Positions 8,734 to 17,100 of a stretch of DNA of 64,000 bases are shown piece after piece (the stretch's first letter is position 1; each line of letters starts with the position of its first letter). The DNA lies in the NCBI GenBank assembly GCA_965203855.1, contig CBDBDN010000008.1, positions 287,459 to 351,458 on the forward strand, read 5' to 3'. The DNA comes from Dehalococcoidia bacterium (GTDB taxonomy: Bacteria > Chloroflexota > Dehalococcoidia > Lucifugimonadales > UBA3495). Below the pieces are notes generated by a model. It was not told the DNA's origin. It was given only the letters and a program-made list of their open reading frames with translations, and did not search any database. The position numbers and the translations under genes were made by a program.

Positions 8734-10602
8734 ATGCCTGAACCCACTACCCGCATCGTTGAATGCGACGTCCTGATTGTTGGCGGCGGTATGTCCGGCT
8801 GCGGCGCCGCCATTGAAGCCCGCTACTGGGGCGGCGACGACCTCCGCATCATTATGGTGGACAAGGCCGCTACCGACCGCAGCGGCGCCGTCGGCGAGGG
8901 CCTCTCCGCCATCAATATGTACATGGGGATGCGCTGGGGCTGGAACCAGCCCGCCGATTACGTGGAATATGTCCGCAACGATATGATGGGCATTTCCCGC
9001 GAGGACCTGGTGTACGATGTCGCCCGCCATGTGGACAGCAGCGTCCATATGTTTGAGGAATGGGGCCTCCCGTTCTGGTACGACGACAACGAACAGTATG
9101 TCCGCGAAGGCCGCTGGCAGGTGATGATCCACGGCGAAGCCTACAAGCCCATCGTGTCCGAAGCCACCAAAAAAGCCTTGGGCGGGCCGGAAAATCACTA
9201 CGAGCGGGTTTTCATCTCCCATCTGTTCACCGACGCCGACGACCCCGGCCGCATCGCCGGCGCCGTCGGGTTCGGCGTGCGCGAGGATGTCATCTATGTG
9301 TTCAAGGCCAACGCCGTAGTCTGCGCCGCCGGCGGCGCCACCGCGCTGTTCCGCCCCCGCAGCGTCGGCGAGGGCATGGGCCGCACCTGGTACTCCATCT
9401 TTGACACCGGCTCCGTGTACGGCCTCATTATCCCCATCGGCGGCGAAATGACCCAGATGGAACACCGCTTCGTCCCCAGCCGTTTCAAGGATTCCTATGG
9501 CCCCGTCGGCGCCTGGTCCCAACTGTTCCGCGCCGACCTGACCAACGCCGCCGGCGACAACTATTTCGTCAACCGCCTGCCGGAACTGAAAAAGTACGAC
9601 CCCTACGGCTCCGCTTTCCCCACACCCACGCCGCTGCGAAACCATCTGCTCTGGACGGAAATCCAGGCCGGCAACGGCCCCATAATGCTGAAAACCCCGG
9701 AGGCCATCAACGCCCTGGCCGCCGGCGATGCCGGCCGCAAGCGGGAAATCATCGCCGAAGCCTGGGAGGATTTCCTGGATATGACCATCTCCCAGGCCAT
9801 CCTCTGGGCGGCCCACAACATCGCCCCTGAGGAACGCCCCAGCGAAGTGGTGCTCGCCGAACCCTACATTATGGGCAGCCACAGCGGGGAATCCGGCGCA
9901 TGGGTCAGCGGCCCCTCCGATGTCGCCCCCGACGGCTACCATTGGGGCTACGGCAAGATGACCACCGTTAGCGGCCTGTTCGCCGCCGGCGACGGCGTCG
10001 GCGCCTGTCCGCACAAATTCTCCTCCGGCTCCTTCACCGAAGGCCGACTGGCCGGCAAATCCGCCGTCGCCTACGCCTTTGACCATCCCGCTATGCCCAA
10101 AGTGGACGACCGCCAAATCGACGGCCTGAAACGCCAGGTGTGGGCGCCTCTGGTTACTTTTGAGGAAAACCAGTACGCCTCCACCAACCCCGAAGTGAAC
10201 CCCAACTACCTGCTGCCCCGCCAGGGCCTGTTCCGGCTGCAAAAGCTGATGGACGAATATGTGGCCGGAGTTTCCGCCGGGTTCACCACCAACGAATCCA
10301 CCATGCTGCGCGGCCTGGAGCTGCTCGGAATGTTCCGCGAGGACTTGCAAAAGCTGGGCGCGCGCAACCGCCACGAACTGCTGCGCTGCCACGAGCTGAT
10401 CCACCGCGCCTGGGTCGGCGAAGCCCATCTGCGGCATATGCTGCACCGCAAGGAAACGCGCTGGCCCGGCTTCTACTACCGCAGCGACTACCCCGAAATG
10501 GACGAAGCCAACTGGCGCGTGTTCGTCAACAGCCGCTACGACGCCGAACACGACAAATGGGATGTATTCACCCGCCCCTGCCCCACGCTGCAAAACGTCT
10601 AA
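8734..10602 (+). CDS. Adenylylsulfate reductase alpha subunit (AprA)-like FAD flavoprotein, orphan
   Basis: CDVLIVGGGMSGCGAAIEA, VDKAATDRSGAVGEGLSAINMY and a C-terminal RKETRWPGFYYRSDYPEMDEANWRVFVNSRYD resemble AprA. I prefer the ATG at 8734 (AGAGGA 14 nt upstream) over the track start at 8653. No aprB is adjacent. Confidence 0.65.
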   Translation: MPEPTTRIVECDVLIVGGGMSGCGAAIEARYWGGDDLRIIMVDKAATDRSGAVGEGLSAINMYMGMRWGWNQPADYVEYVRNDMMGISREDLVYDVARHVDSSVHMFEEWGLPFWYDDNEQYVREGRWQVMIHGEAYKPIVSEATKKALGGPENHYERVFISHLFTDADDPGRIAGAVGFGVREDVIYVFKANAVVCAAGGATALFRPRSVGEGMGRTWYSIFDTGSVYGLIIPIGGEMTQMEHRFVPSRFKDSYGPVGAWSQLFRADLTNAAGDNYFVNRLPELKKYDPYGSAFPTPTPLRNHLLWTEIQAGNGPIMLKTPEAINALAAGDAGRKREIIAEAWEDFLDMTISQAILWAAHNIAPEERPSEVVLAEPYIMGSHSGESGAWVSGPSDVAPDGYHWGYGKMTTVSGLFAAGDGVGACPHKFSSGSFTEGRLAGKSAVAYAFDHPAMPKVDDRQIDGLKRQVWAPLVTFEENQYASTNPEVNPNYLLPRQGLFRLQKLMDEYVAGVSAGFTTNESTMLRGLELLGMFREDLQKLGARNRHELLRCHELIHRAWVGEAHLRHMLHRKETRWPGFYYRSDYPEMDEANWRVFVNSRYDAEHDKWDVFTRPCPTLQNV

Positions 10603-11085
10603 CCATAGCGGCCCATCCGCCGCCGTTTCAACCCGCCATTCCAACACCCCAACCCGCCATTCCAACACCCCAACCCGCCATTCCAACACCCCAACCGTCA
10701 TTCCGGCCCTCTACCGTCATTCCGGCGAAAGCCGGAATCCGGCGGCGTAACCAGCCACCACGGCAATAGAGACGCCGACCGTCATTACAAATACCCCAAC
10801 CGTCATTACAAATACCCCAACCGTCATTACAAATACCCCAACCGTCATTCCGGCCCTCTACCGTCATTCCGGCGCAAGCCGGAATCCGGCGGCGTAATCG
10901 GCCACCACGGCAATAGAGACGCCGACCGTCATTCCAACACCCCAGCCGTCATTCCCACCCAATTCACCGTCATTCCGGCGCAAGCCGGAATCTATGGTCG
11001 TTGCCCCCACTACCGTGGTGGCTGATTATGCCGCTGGATTCCGGCTTTCGCCGGAATGACGGTTGAAGTAAAGGAATGACGGTTA
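10603..11085. repeat. Largest intergenic mosaic repeat array (about 480 nt)
   Basis: Three copies of a 21-nt unit GCCATTCCAACACCCCAACCC (10635-10697). Three copies of a 21-nt unit GTCATTACAAATACCCCAACC (10781-10843). An ~89-nt segment at 10695-10783 is repeated at 10842-10930. Hairpins lie at 10714-10740 and 10861-10887. A 96-nt MITE-like unit sits at 10967-11062. Confidence 0.95.
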
Positions 11086-11187
11086 TACCCCCGGCATCCA
11101 TACGCGCCGCAGCAACCCCCCCATCCACTACGGTGCCGCCCCTACAATGCCGCACGCTATCCCTATCCCGTATCCCCCGGAGGCCCG

Positions 11188-11796
11188 ATGACCGCCGCCG
11201 CTGCCGACTCTATAACGCCCAACCCCGTAGCGCTGCTGGAACAAACTACCGCCCGCACCAAAGCCATAATCGCCGGCGTCCGCCAGTCGCAGCTGGACGA
11301 CCCCACGCCCTGCGCCCAATGGAATGTGCACGGCCTGCTCAACCATCTGATTGGCGGCCTGGAGTTCACCGCCGCCGGCATCGCCGGCATCCCAACCGCC
11401 ATTCGCCCCAGCGAAGCCGAAAGTTCGCAAATTGACGAGCGCAATATGGACAATCTGGCGCAGGCTTATAATGACCGGCTGGCCCACCTGCTGGCGTTAG
11501 CGGCCGAACCCGGCGCGCTGGAACGAACAGCGCAGACCCCATTCGGCGAAATGCCGGTAAGCCAAATTTTCGTCGGCACCGTAATGGATCAGCTCATCCA
11601 CTGCTGGGATCTGGCCAAAGCCACCGGGCAGGATACGACGCTGGACGCCGATTTAGTGGACTTCGCCTTTCCGATGCTGCAATCCGGGTTTGCCGATATG
11701 GGGCGGCAGGCCGGCTTTATCGGCCCGGAGCAAGCCGTCCCGGACGATGCCAGCCAACTGGACAAACTGATTGCCTACATGGGACGGCAGCCCTAA
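11188..11796 (+). CDS. DinB-fold / TIGR03086-like metal-binding protein (mycothiol maleylpyruvate isomerase N-terminal domain type)
   Basis: 202 aa. The PTPCAQWNVHGLLNHLIGG motif and the length fit this family. Confidence 0.7.
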   Translation: MTAAAADSITPNPVALLEQTTARTKAIIAGVRQSQLDDPTPCAQWNVHGLLNHLIGGLEFTAAGIAGIPTAIRPSEAESSQIDERNMDNLAQAYNDRLAHLLALAAEPGALERTAQTPFGEMPVSQIFVGTVMDQLIHCWDLAKATGQDTTLDADLVDFAFPMLQSGFADMGRQAGFIGPEQAVPDDASQLDKLIAYMGRQP

Positions 11797-11898
11797 CCCA
11801 AAACCCCCATCCATCCCCTCCATCCATGCCATAAAACCCATCCCGTCCATCCTGTCCATCGGTGTAAAAATTCCCCTCCCGCCAATGACACCAACCCC

Positions 11899-11926
11899 TT
11901 GCCAACCCGTACAGCCGTGCTATAAT
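11899..11926 (+). promoter_or_regulatory. Near-consensus sigma70 promoter with no obvious cargo
   Basis: TTGCCA (11899-11904), a 16-nt spacer, then TGcTATAAT (11918-11926). About 500 nt of non-coding sequence follows before tRNA-Ser. Confidence 0.5.
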
Positions 11927-12412
11927 CAGATTCGTCAGGCAGCCAATCTCCGAGCCCACTGATTTCCAGGTCGTTACGGTCATTCAGCAATCAAGTCGCA
12001 CCGGCGTCCCTACTCGCCCACGGTCAGACTAACCGAAGGAGTCGGGCACTGCCAAGGCGCCAGACGTAGCGCCCCGTCCTCGGACGAAAATCCAGCCGCG
12101 TGAAAAGCAACGCGCAAAACCTCCGGCCGTAGGGCTGAAACCGACCTGGAAACCTAAAAACTCGGAAACCCGAACCCCGCTAGCAAGTTCAATCAACCGC
12201 CTGACAACCTGCCTGACACCCGCCTGACAACCCCCATCCTGAACCAACGGAGGCACCGCCACCCCAGCAAAATCAACCTAGCGCCGATGCCGCAGCCGGA
12301 CGGGAACCAATCCCGTCCTACCCCTGCCCATCGGCGTCAATACCCCTGCAACCGACATTCCACTGCCGGGACATCCGGTTTGTATCCGGGCGCGCAATGC
12401 GCTATAATAGCT

Positions 12413-12418
12413 CTTGCC
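12413..12418 (+). promoter_or_regulatory. -10 element TATAAT for tRNA-Ser
   Basis: TATAAT lies 13 nt upstream of the mature tRNA 5' end at 12432. Confidence 0.45.
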
Positions 12419-12431
12419 CTGCCGGGCATTG

Positions 12432-12523
12432 GGAGGGATCGCATAGTGGTCTAGTGCGGGCGCCTGCTAAGCGCTTATCCTGAGAAATCGGGATCGTGGG
12501 TTCGAATCCCACTCCCTCCGCCA
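12432..12523 (+). tRNA. tRNA-Ser (anticodon GCU), CCA encoded
   Basis: Hand-folded cloverleaf: acceptor GGAGGGA/TCCCTCC; D arm GCAT-AGTGGTCTA-GTGC; anticodon arm GGCGC-CTGCTAA-GCGCT; long variable arm ATCC..GGAT; T arm GTGGG-TTCGAAT-CCCAC; discriminator G; CCA. Confidence 0.9.
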
Positions 12524-12603
12524 TTCCATATTTTGGCATCTGCCGTTTGCGCCGTGCCATAAGCCCCGCCCGGCTTACCCGCCTTTTGCCGAGAACGAAT
12601 CCA

Positions 12604-13941
12604 ATGCAGACCTACCACATCTGGACTATCGGCTGCCAGATGAATACCGCCGACTCCGAGCGTCTGGGGTCGGCTTTGCAGCAATTGGGCCTGGCGCCGG
12701 CAGTGCGCCCCGCCGACGCCGACGTCGTCGTCCTCAATTCCTGCGTCGTCCGGCAGTCCGCCGAGGACAAAGTGACCGGCGCCCTCAACCTCACGCAGCC
12801 CCTCCGCAAAAAGCGCCCCGACTCCGTCCTGGCCCTGACCGGCTGCATGGTCGGCCCCCGCACCGACGAACTGCGCCGCCGCTTCCCCGATGTCGACCTG
12901 TTCCTCCGCCCCCAGCAGTTTGAGCCTCTGCTGGAACTGGTAGGCGACCGGCTGGGGCTGGACTGGGAAGGTTGCGTCGGCTCCCTGGCCCCCCAGCAAC
13001 CCGATGTTACCACCTATGTCCCCATCATCCACGGCTGCGATTTTATGTGCAGTTTCTGCATCATCCCTTACCGCCGGGGACGCCAGGCCAGCCGCTCCGT
13101 CGCCGACATCGCTAACGAAGTGGAACTGCTGGCGCAGCGCGGCGTCCGCGAAGTTACCGTGCTCGGCCAGACCGTGGACGCCTACGGCCACGACCGCAAT
13201 GACGGGCATGACCTGGCCGACCTCCTGCAACGCCTGAACGCCGTCAACGGCCTGGAACGCATCCGCTTCCTAACTTCCCATCCCTCTTATATGAGCCGCC
13301 GCATCATCCGCGCCGTAGCCGAACTGCCCAAAGTCTGCGAGCATATCAACCTCCCCGTGCAAGCCGGCGATGACGCCGTCCTGCAACGGATGCGCCGCCC
13401 TTATACCGTCTCCGAATACCGGGATCTAATCAGCGAAATCCGCGACGCCATCCCGGATGTAACCGTTAGCACCGACATTATCGTCGGCTTCCCCGGCGAA
13501 ACCGAAGCGCAGTTTGAGAATACCCTCCGGCTGGTATCCGACCTCCGCTTCGACAAAGTTCACGGCGCCATGTATTCCACCCGCCCCGGCACCATTGCAG
13601 CCCGCACAATGGACGACGATGTGCCGCCGGACGAAAAGCAGCGCCGCCTCAAAGCCCTGGAAACCCTACAGGAAAGCATCCTGTCGGAAATCAACGCCCA
13701 ATATCTGGGGCAGACCGTCCCCGTCCTGGCCGAAAACCGCAAACGCGGACGCTGGTCCGGCCGGACGCGCGGCAACAAACTCGTCTATTTCAACGCCCCG
13801 GACCCGACCATCCCCGCCGCCGCTGCCGATACCCCCCATGCCATTGCCGATGCGCCGCCCCGCCCCCTGGCCGGCCAGATAGTGGATGTAGCCGTCAATC
13901 GCACCGGCCCCTGGTCCCTGGCCGGCGTCCTGGCCGACTAA
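12604..13941 (+). CDS. miaB: tRNA-2-methylthio-N6-dimethylallyladenosine synthase
   Basis: MQTYHIWTIGCQMNTADSE (UPF0004 domain), the radical-SAM CDFMCSFCIIPYRRG motif, and a TRAM-like C-terminus. I prefer the start at M37 of track ORF 12496..13941. Confidence 0.9.
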   Translation: MQTYHIWTIGCQMNTADSERLGSALQQLGLAPAVRPADADVVVLNSCVVRQSAEDKVTGALNLTQPLRKKRPDSVLALTGCMVGPRTDELRRRFPDVDLFLRPQQFEPLLELVGDRLGLDWEGCVGSLAPQQPDVTTYVPIIHGCDFMCSFCIIPYRRGRQASRSVADIANEVELLAQRGVREVTVLGQTVDAYGHDRNDGHDLADLLQRLNAVNGLERIRFLTSHPSYMSRRIIRAVAELPKVCEHINLPVQAGDDAVLQRMRRPYTVSEYRDLISEIRDAIPDVTVSTDIIVGFPGETEAQFENTLRLVSDLRFDKVHGAMYSTRPGTIAARTMDDDVPPDEKQRRLKALETLQESILSEINAQYLGQTVPVLAENRKRGRWSGRTRGNKLVYFNAPDPTIPAAAADTPHAIADAPPRPLAGQIVDVAVNRTGPWSLAGVLAD

Positions 13942-14061
13942 CGGCGCCTTGGCCGGCGCCCGACTCAAGGGCGGCGGTACTGCCATTCATTCCGTCAATT
14001 GCCGCGCCCCAGCCAATTGTGAAATTTCGCACACACTGCCATTTACAAGGAGGCCGCTGGT

Positions 14062-15270
14062 ATGGTTACTCAAACGCGGCAACCCACCATCCCCCTTACC
14101 GAAATTGAACACGCCGCCTTTTGCCGCCCGGAGGACGAACTGCCGTCCCGGTCGCTGGCCGAGGAACTGGCGATTAATGTCCGCTGGCAGAAAATCCCCG
14201 GCGAATATCTCGCCTGCTCCCCCGCCGAATTAGACGCGCGCATCGGACGGGCGCGCCGCGCGCTCGGCAACTCCGTTACCATCCTGGGGCATCATTACCA
14301 GCGCGAGGAAATCATCAAGTACGCCGATTTCCAGGGCGACTCATTCCTGTTGAGCCAGGAAGCGGCCTCCCGCCCGGAAGCCGATTACATCGTGTTCTGC
14401 GGCGTCCACTTTATGGCGGAAACCGCCTGCATCCTGGCCGGCCTGCACCAGCAGGTCATCCTCCCCAACATCACCGCCGGCTGCTCCATGGCCGATATGG
14501 CCCCAATTGAGGACGTCGAGGACGGATGGGACGACTTGCAGGATGTCCTCGGCGGACACGGCGGCATCCTGCCCGTTACCTATATGAACTCGGTGGCCGC
14601 TATCAAGGCGCTGTGCGGACGCAACGGCGGGGCGGTGTGCACCTCGTCCAATGCGACTGCCGTACTGGAATGGGCTTTCGGGCAGGCCGACCGCGTGCTG
14701 TTCCTGCCCGACCAGCATCTGGGGCGCAACACTGCCCTGAAACTGGGCATCGGCCTGGACGAAATGGTAGTTTGGAATCCGTTCCGCGCCATGGGCGGCA
14801 ACACCCCGGAGCAGCTGCGCGCCGCCAAAATGGTGCTGTGGCAGGGGCATTGCTCCGTCCATACCCGTTTCACCGTCAAGCAGATTGACGCCGCCCGCCA
14901 GCGTTACCCCAATGTTACCGTGCTGGTACACCCGGAATGCCCCCGCGAAACGGTAGCAGCCGCCGACTTGAACGGCTCTACCGAGCTCATCCGCAAGACA
15001 ATTAACGAAGCCCCGGCCGGCTCCGTATGGGCCGTCGGCACCGAAATCAGCTTGGTGAACCGCCTGGCCCTGCACAACCCGGACAAGACCGTATTCTGCC
15101 TGGATCCGGTAAGCTGCCCCTGCTCCACGATGTACCGCATCCACCCCGCCTACCTGCTCTGGACGCTGGAAAGCCTCGTCGCCGGCCAGGTAGTGAACCG
15201 CATCACCGTGCCGGAGCAAATGCAGCGGGAAGCAACCATAGCCCTGGAACGAATGCTGGCGCTGCGATAG
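14062..15270 (+). CDS. nadA: Quinolinate synthase
   Basis: ILGHHYQREEIIKYADFQGDSFLLSQ, VFCGVHFMAETACIL, and the conserved Cys pattern (CSMADM, CSVH, CSTMY). Confidence 0.85.
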   Translation: MVTQTRQPTIPLTEIEHAAFCRPEDELPSRSLAEELAINVRWQKIPGEYLACSPAELDARIGRARRALGNSVTILGHHYQREEIIKYADFQGDSFLLSQEAASRPEADYIVFCGVHFMAETACILAGLHQQVILPNITAGCSMADMAPIEDVEDGWDDLQDVLGGHGGILPVTYMNSVAAIKALCGRNGGAVCTSSNATAVLEWAFGQADRVLFLPDQHLGRNTALKLGIGLDEMVVWNPFRAMGGNTPEQLRAAKMVLWQGHCSVHTRFTVKQIDAARQRYPNVTVLVHPECPRETVAAADLNGSTELIRKTINEAPAGSVWAVGTEISLVNRLALHNPDKTVFCLDPVSCPCSTMYRIHPAYLLWTLESLVAGQVVNRITVPEQMQREATIALERMLALR

Positions 15271-15300
15271 GCCGGCCCCACCGTTGCCGGGATTGCGCCG

Positions 15301-17058
15301 ATGACAACCGCAATCGGTTCCGCTACGGAACACCCTCTCAACCGCAACCTGTTCATCGCGGACAACCTCAGCCTGCTGCGCCGGCTGGATAACAACAGCA
15401 TTGACCTGATTTGCATTGACCCGCCTTTCGCCAAGAACCAGACTTTCATCGGCAATCTGCGGCCTCCCCTGTCGGCAGAGGAGCAGGCCGGCGAGCAGGC
15501 CATGCTATCCGCCTGGGGCATCAGCAGCGATCGAGATGCCGAAGCCGCCGGCATTTTCTGGCCCAACGGCGGCGATTCGGCCCGCTTCCAGGACATCTGG
15601 CGTTGGGAAAGCGATATTCACGAGGAATGGATTACCGCTATCGACGCCGACCGCACCGGCCTAGCCAAAGTCATCGACGCCACGCGCAACGCCCACAGCG
15701 AACAGCAGGCCGCCTACCTATCCTATATGGCAATCCGTCTGATTGAGATGCGCCGGATTTTGAAACCCACCGGCAGCCTGTATTTCCATTGCGACTTTGA
15801 CGCTAACTCTTATATTCGACTAGCCCTGGACGCCATTTTCGGCCGACAGAATGTCCGCAATGAGATTATCTGGGAACGGCATACTTCAACGCAGCGCGGG
15901 TCGCAGCACCGTCCCCGACGCTGGGGCCGCACTACGGATACCATCCTGTTCTGTTCCAAATCGCAGAATGCCAATTTCAACCCCTTCGTTCCGCCGTCCG
16001 ATACGGATGCAGCGCAGCGGTTCCCCCTAGTCGATGAAAACGGGGAACGCTACTATGATGACAGCGCGCATATCTGGCGCACGCCCGGCATGGGCAGCCG
16101 CCCCAACTTGTGCTACGAATGGCGCGGATTTACGAACCCCACTCCGGCGGGATGGCGTTTGAGCCGGGAACGCCTTGAGGAGGAATACCAGAAAGGCAAC
16201 TTTGTCATCCTGCCCGACGGCCGCCTGCAACGCCGTATGTACCAACGCGACTGGCGCGGCGCAGTGCGCGGCAATCTCTGGAATGATGTGAGCCCGGCGC
16301 TCGGCGGCGAAAGAACCGGCTACCCCACCCAAAAGCCCGTCGCTCTTGCCGAGCGTATCATCCTCGCCAGCACCAGGCCCGGCGATGTCGTGCTGGACTG
16401 CTTCGCCGGCTGCGCTTATGTCCCGGTGGCCGCTGAACGCAATGGCCGCCAGTGGATTGCCTGCGATATATCGCCCCGCGCCCTTACCGTGCTGAAGCGC
16501 CAGTTCGCCAAATTCCGCTACGCGGTGGACGGCGTACAGCAGAGCCAGGCGCCCGCCCTGATTACCGACGCCAATGTCATTACCCGCTCCCCCTTTGACC
16601 TGCCGGAACGCACCGATACCGACCCGGTAGAACGGCGGGACATTGCGGAACTGCCCGAAAGAACCTACAAGGTTCCCGCCAGCATCATCCCGGAAAGGGA
16701 AATGCTGGAATTCCTGCTGGAGCTGTCGGATTACACCGCTTGGTGCTGCGGCTTCGCCAATCGCCGGCCCGACGGCAGCATCATCAGAACTACCCGCAAC
16801 TTTCACCTGGACCACCTTGACCCGAAGTCGTTGCAGGGCAGCAACCAGATTTACAACCGCGCCCCAATGTGTCCGCACCACAACATCCGCAAAAACAACC
16901 GCCGGGTGCATCTGGAGGAATATCGCAAGGAAATCGCCGACGCCGGCGAAATGATGGTTGACACCATAGACGAACTGGTGCATTGGCCGTCAGCATCGGA
17001 TCAGGCGCATCTACGCTGGGCGCAGGCCGTTGCCGCCCCGGCCGCCGGCGGACAATGA
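15301..17058 (+). CDS. Beta-class N6A/N4C DNA methyltransferase fused to a C-terminal HNH nuclease (copy 1)
   Basis: Motif IV comes first (IDLICIDPPFAKN), then SLYFHCD, then motif I (PTQKPVALAERIILASTRPGDVVLDCFAGCAYVPVAA). The C-terminal HNH is HLDHLDPKSLQGSNQIYNRAPMCPHHNIRKNNR. Confidence 0.8.
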   Translation: MTTAIGSATEHPLNRNLFIADNLSLLRRLDNNSIDLICIDPPFAKNQTFIGNLRPPLSAEEQAGEQAMLSAWGISSDRDAEAAGIFWPNGGDSARFQDIWRWESDIHEEWITAIDADRTGLAKVIDATRNAHSEQQAAYLSYMAIRLIEMRRILKPTGSLYFHCDFDANSYIRLALDAIFGRQNVRNEIIWERHTSTQRGSQHRPRRWGRTTDTILFCSKSQNANFNPFVPPSDTDAAQRFPLVDENGERYYDDSAHIWRTPGMGSRPNLCYEWRGFTNPTPAGWRLSRERLEEEYQKGNFVILPDGRLQRRMYQRDWRGAVRGNLWNDVSPALGGERTGYPTQKPVALAERIILASTRPGDVVLDCFAGCAYVPVAAERNGRQWIACDISPRALTVLKRQFAKFRYAVDGVQQSQAPALITDANVITRSPFDLPERTDTDPVERRDIAELPERTYKVPASIIPEREMLEFLLELSDYTAWCCGFANRRPDGSIIRTTRNFHLDHLDPKSLQGSNQIYNRAPMCPHHNIRKNNRRVHLEEYRKEIADAGEMMVDTIDELVHWPSASDQAHLRWAQAVAAPAAGGQ

Positions 17059-17079
17059 CGCGCTGCCGGCTAACGCTAT

Positions 17080-17100
17080 CGGAATAAACGGGCTATTCCG
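17080..17100. terminator. Hairpin between convergent genes
   Basis: CGGAATA-AACGGGC-TATTCCG, a 7-bp stem. It overlaps the stop codon of the first Uma2 gene and has no T tract. Confidence 0.3.

Noticed and set aside
8734-10602. Calling the AprA-like gene part of a dissimilatory sulfate-reduction pathway.
   Set aside because: No aprB, sat, qmo or dsr genes are nearby. Only the family resemblance is supported.
8650-10701. Very long antisense ORFs opposite confident genes. Examples: 8650..10701 (683 aa), 37169..39145 (658 aa), 44693..45910, 53031..54209, 60105..61412, 16027..16983, 14341..15333 and 1331..2014.
   Set aside because: These are shadow ORFs of the kind expected in ~65% GC DNA. Their translations are Arg/Gly/Ala/Pro-rich low complexity with no motifs, while the opposite strand carries clear family signatures.
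10635-10843. Whether the 20-21-nt tandem repeats (also at 2394-2446 and 63681-63810) are CRISPR arrays.
   Set aside because: The repeats are directly adjacent with no unique spacers. The units are too short, and no cas genes are present.
12432-12604. tRNA-Ser as an integration site for a genomic island.
   Set aside because: No integrase gene and no direct repeat of the tRNA 3' end were found by eye. miaB follows immediately, and the flanks are housekeeping genes.
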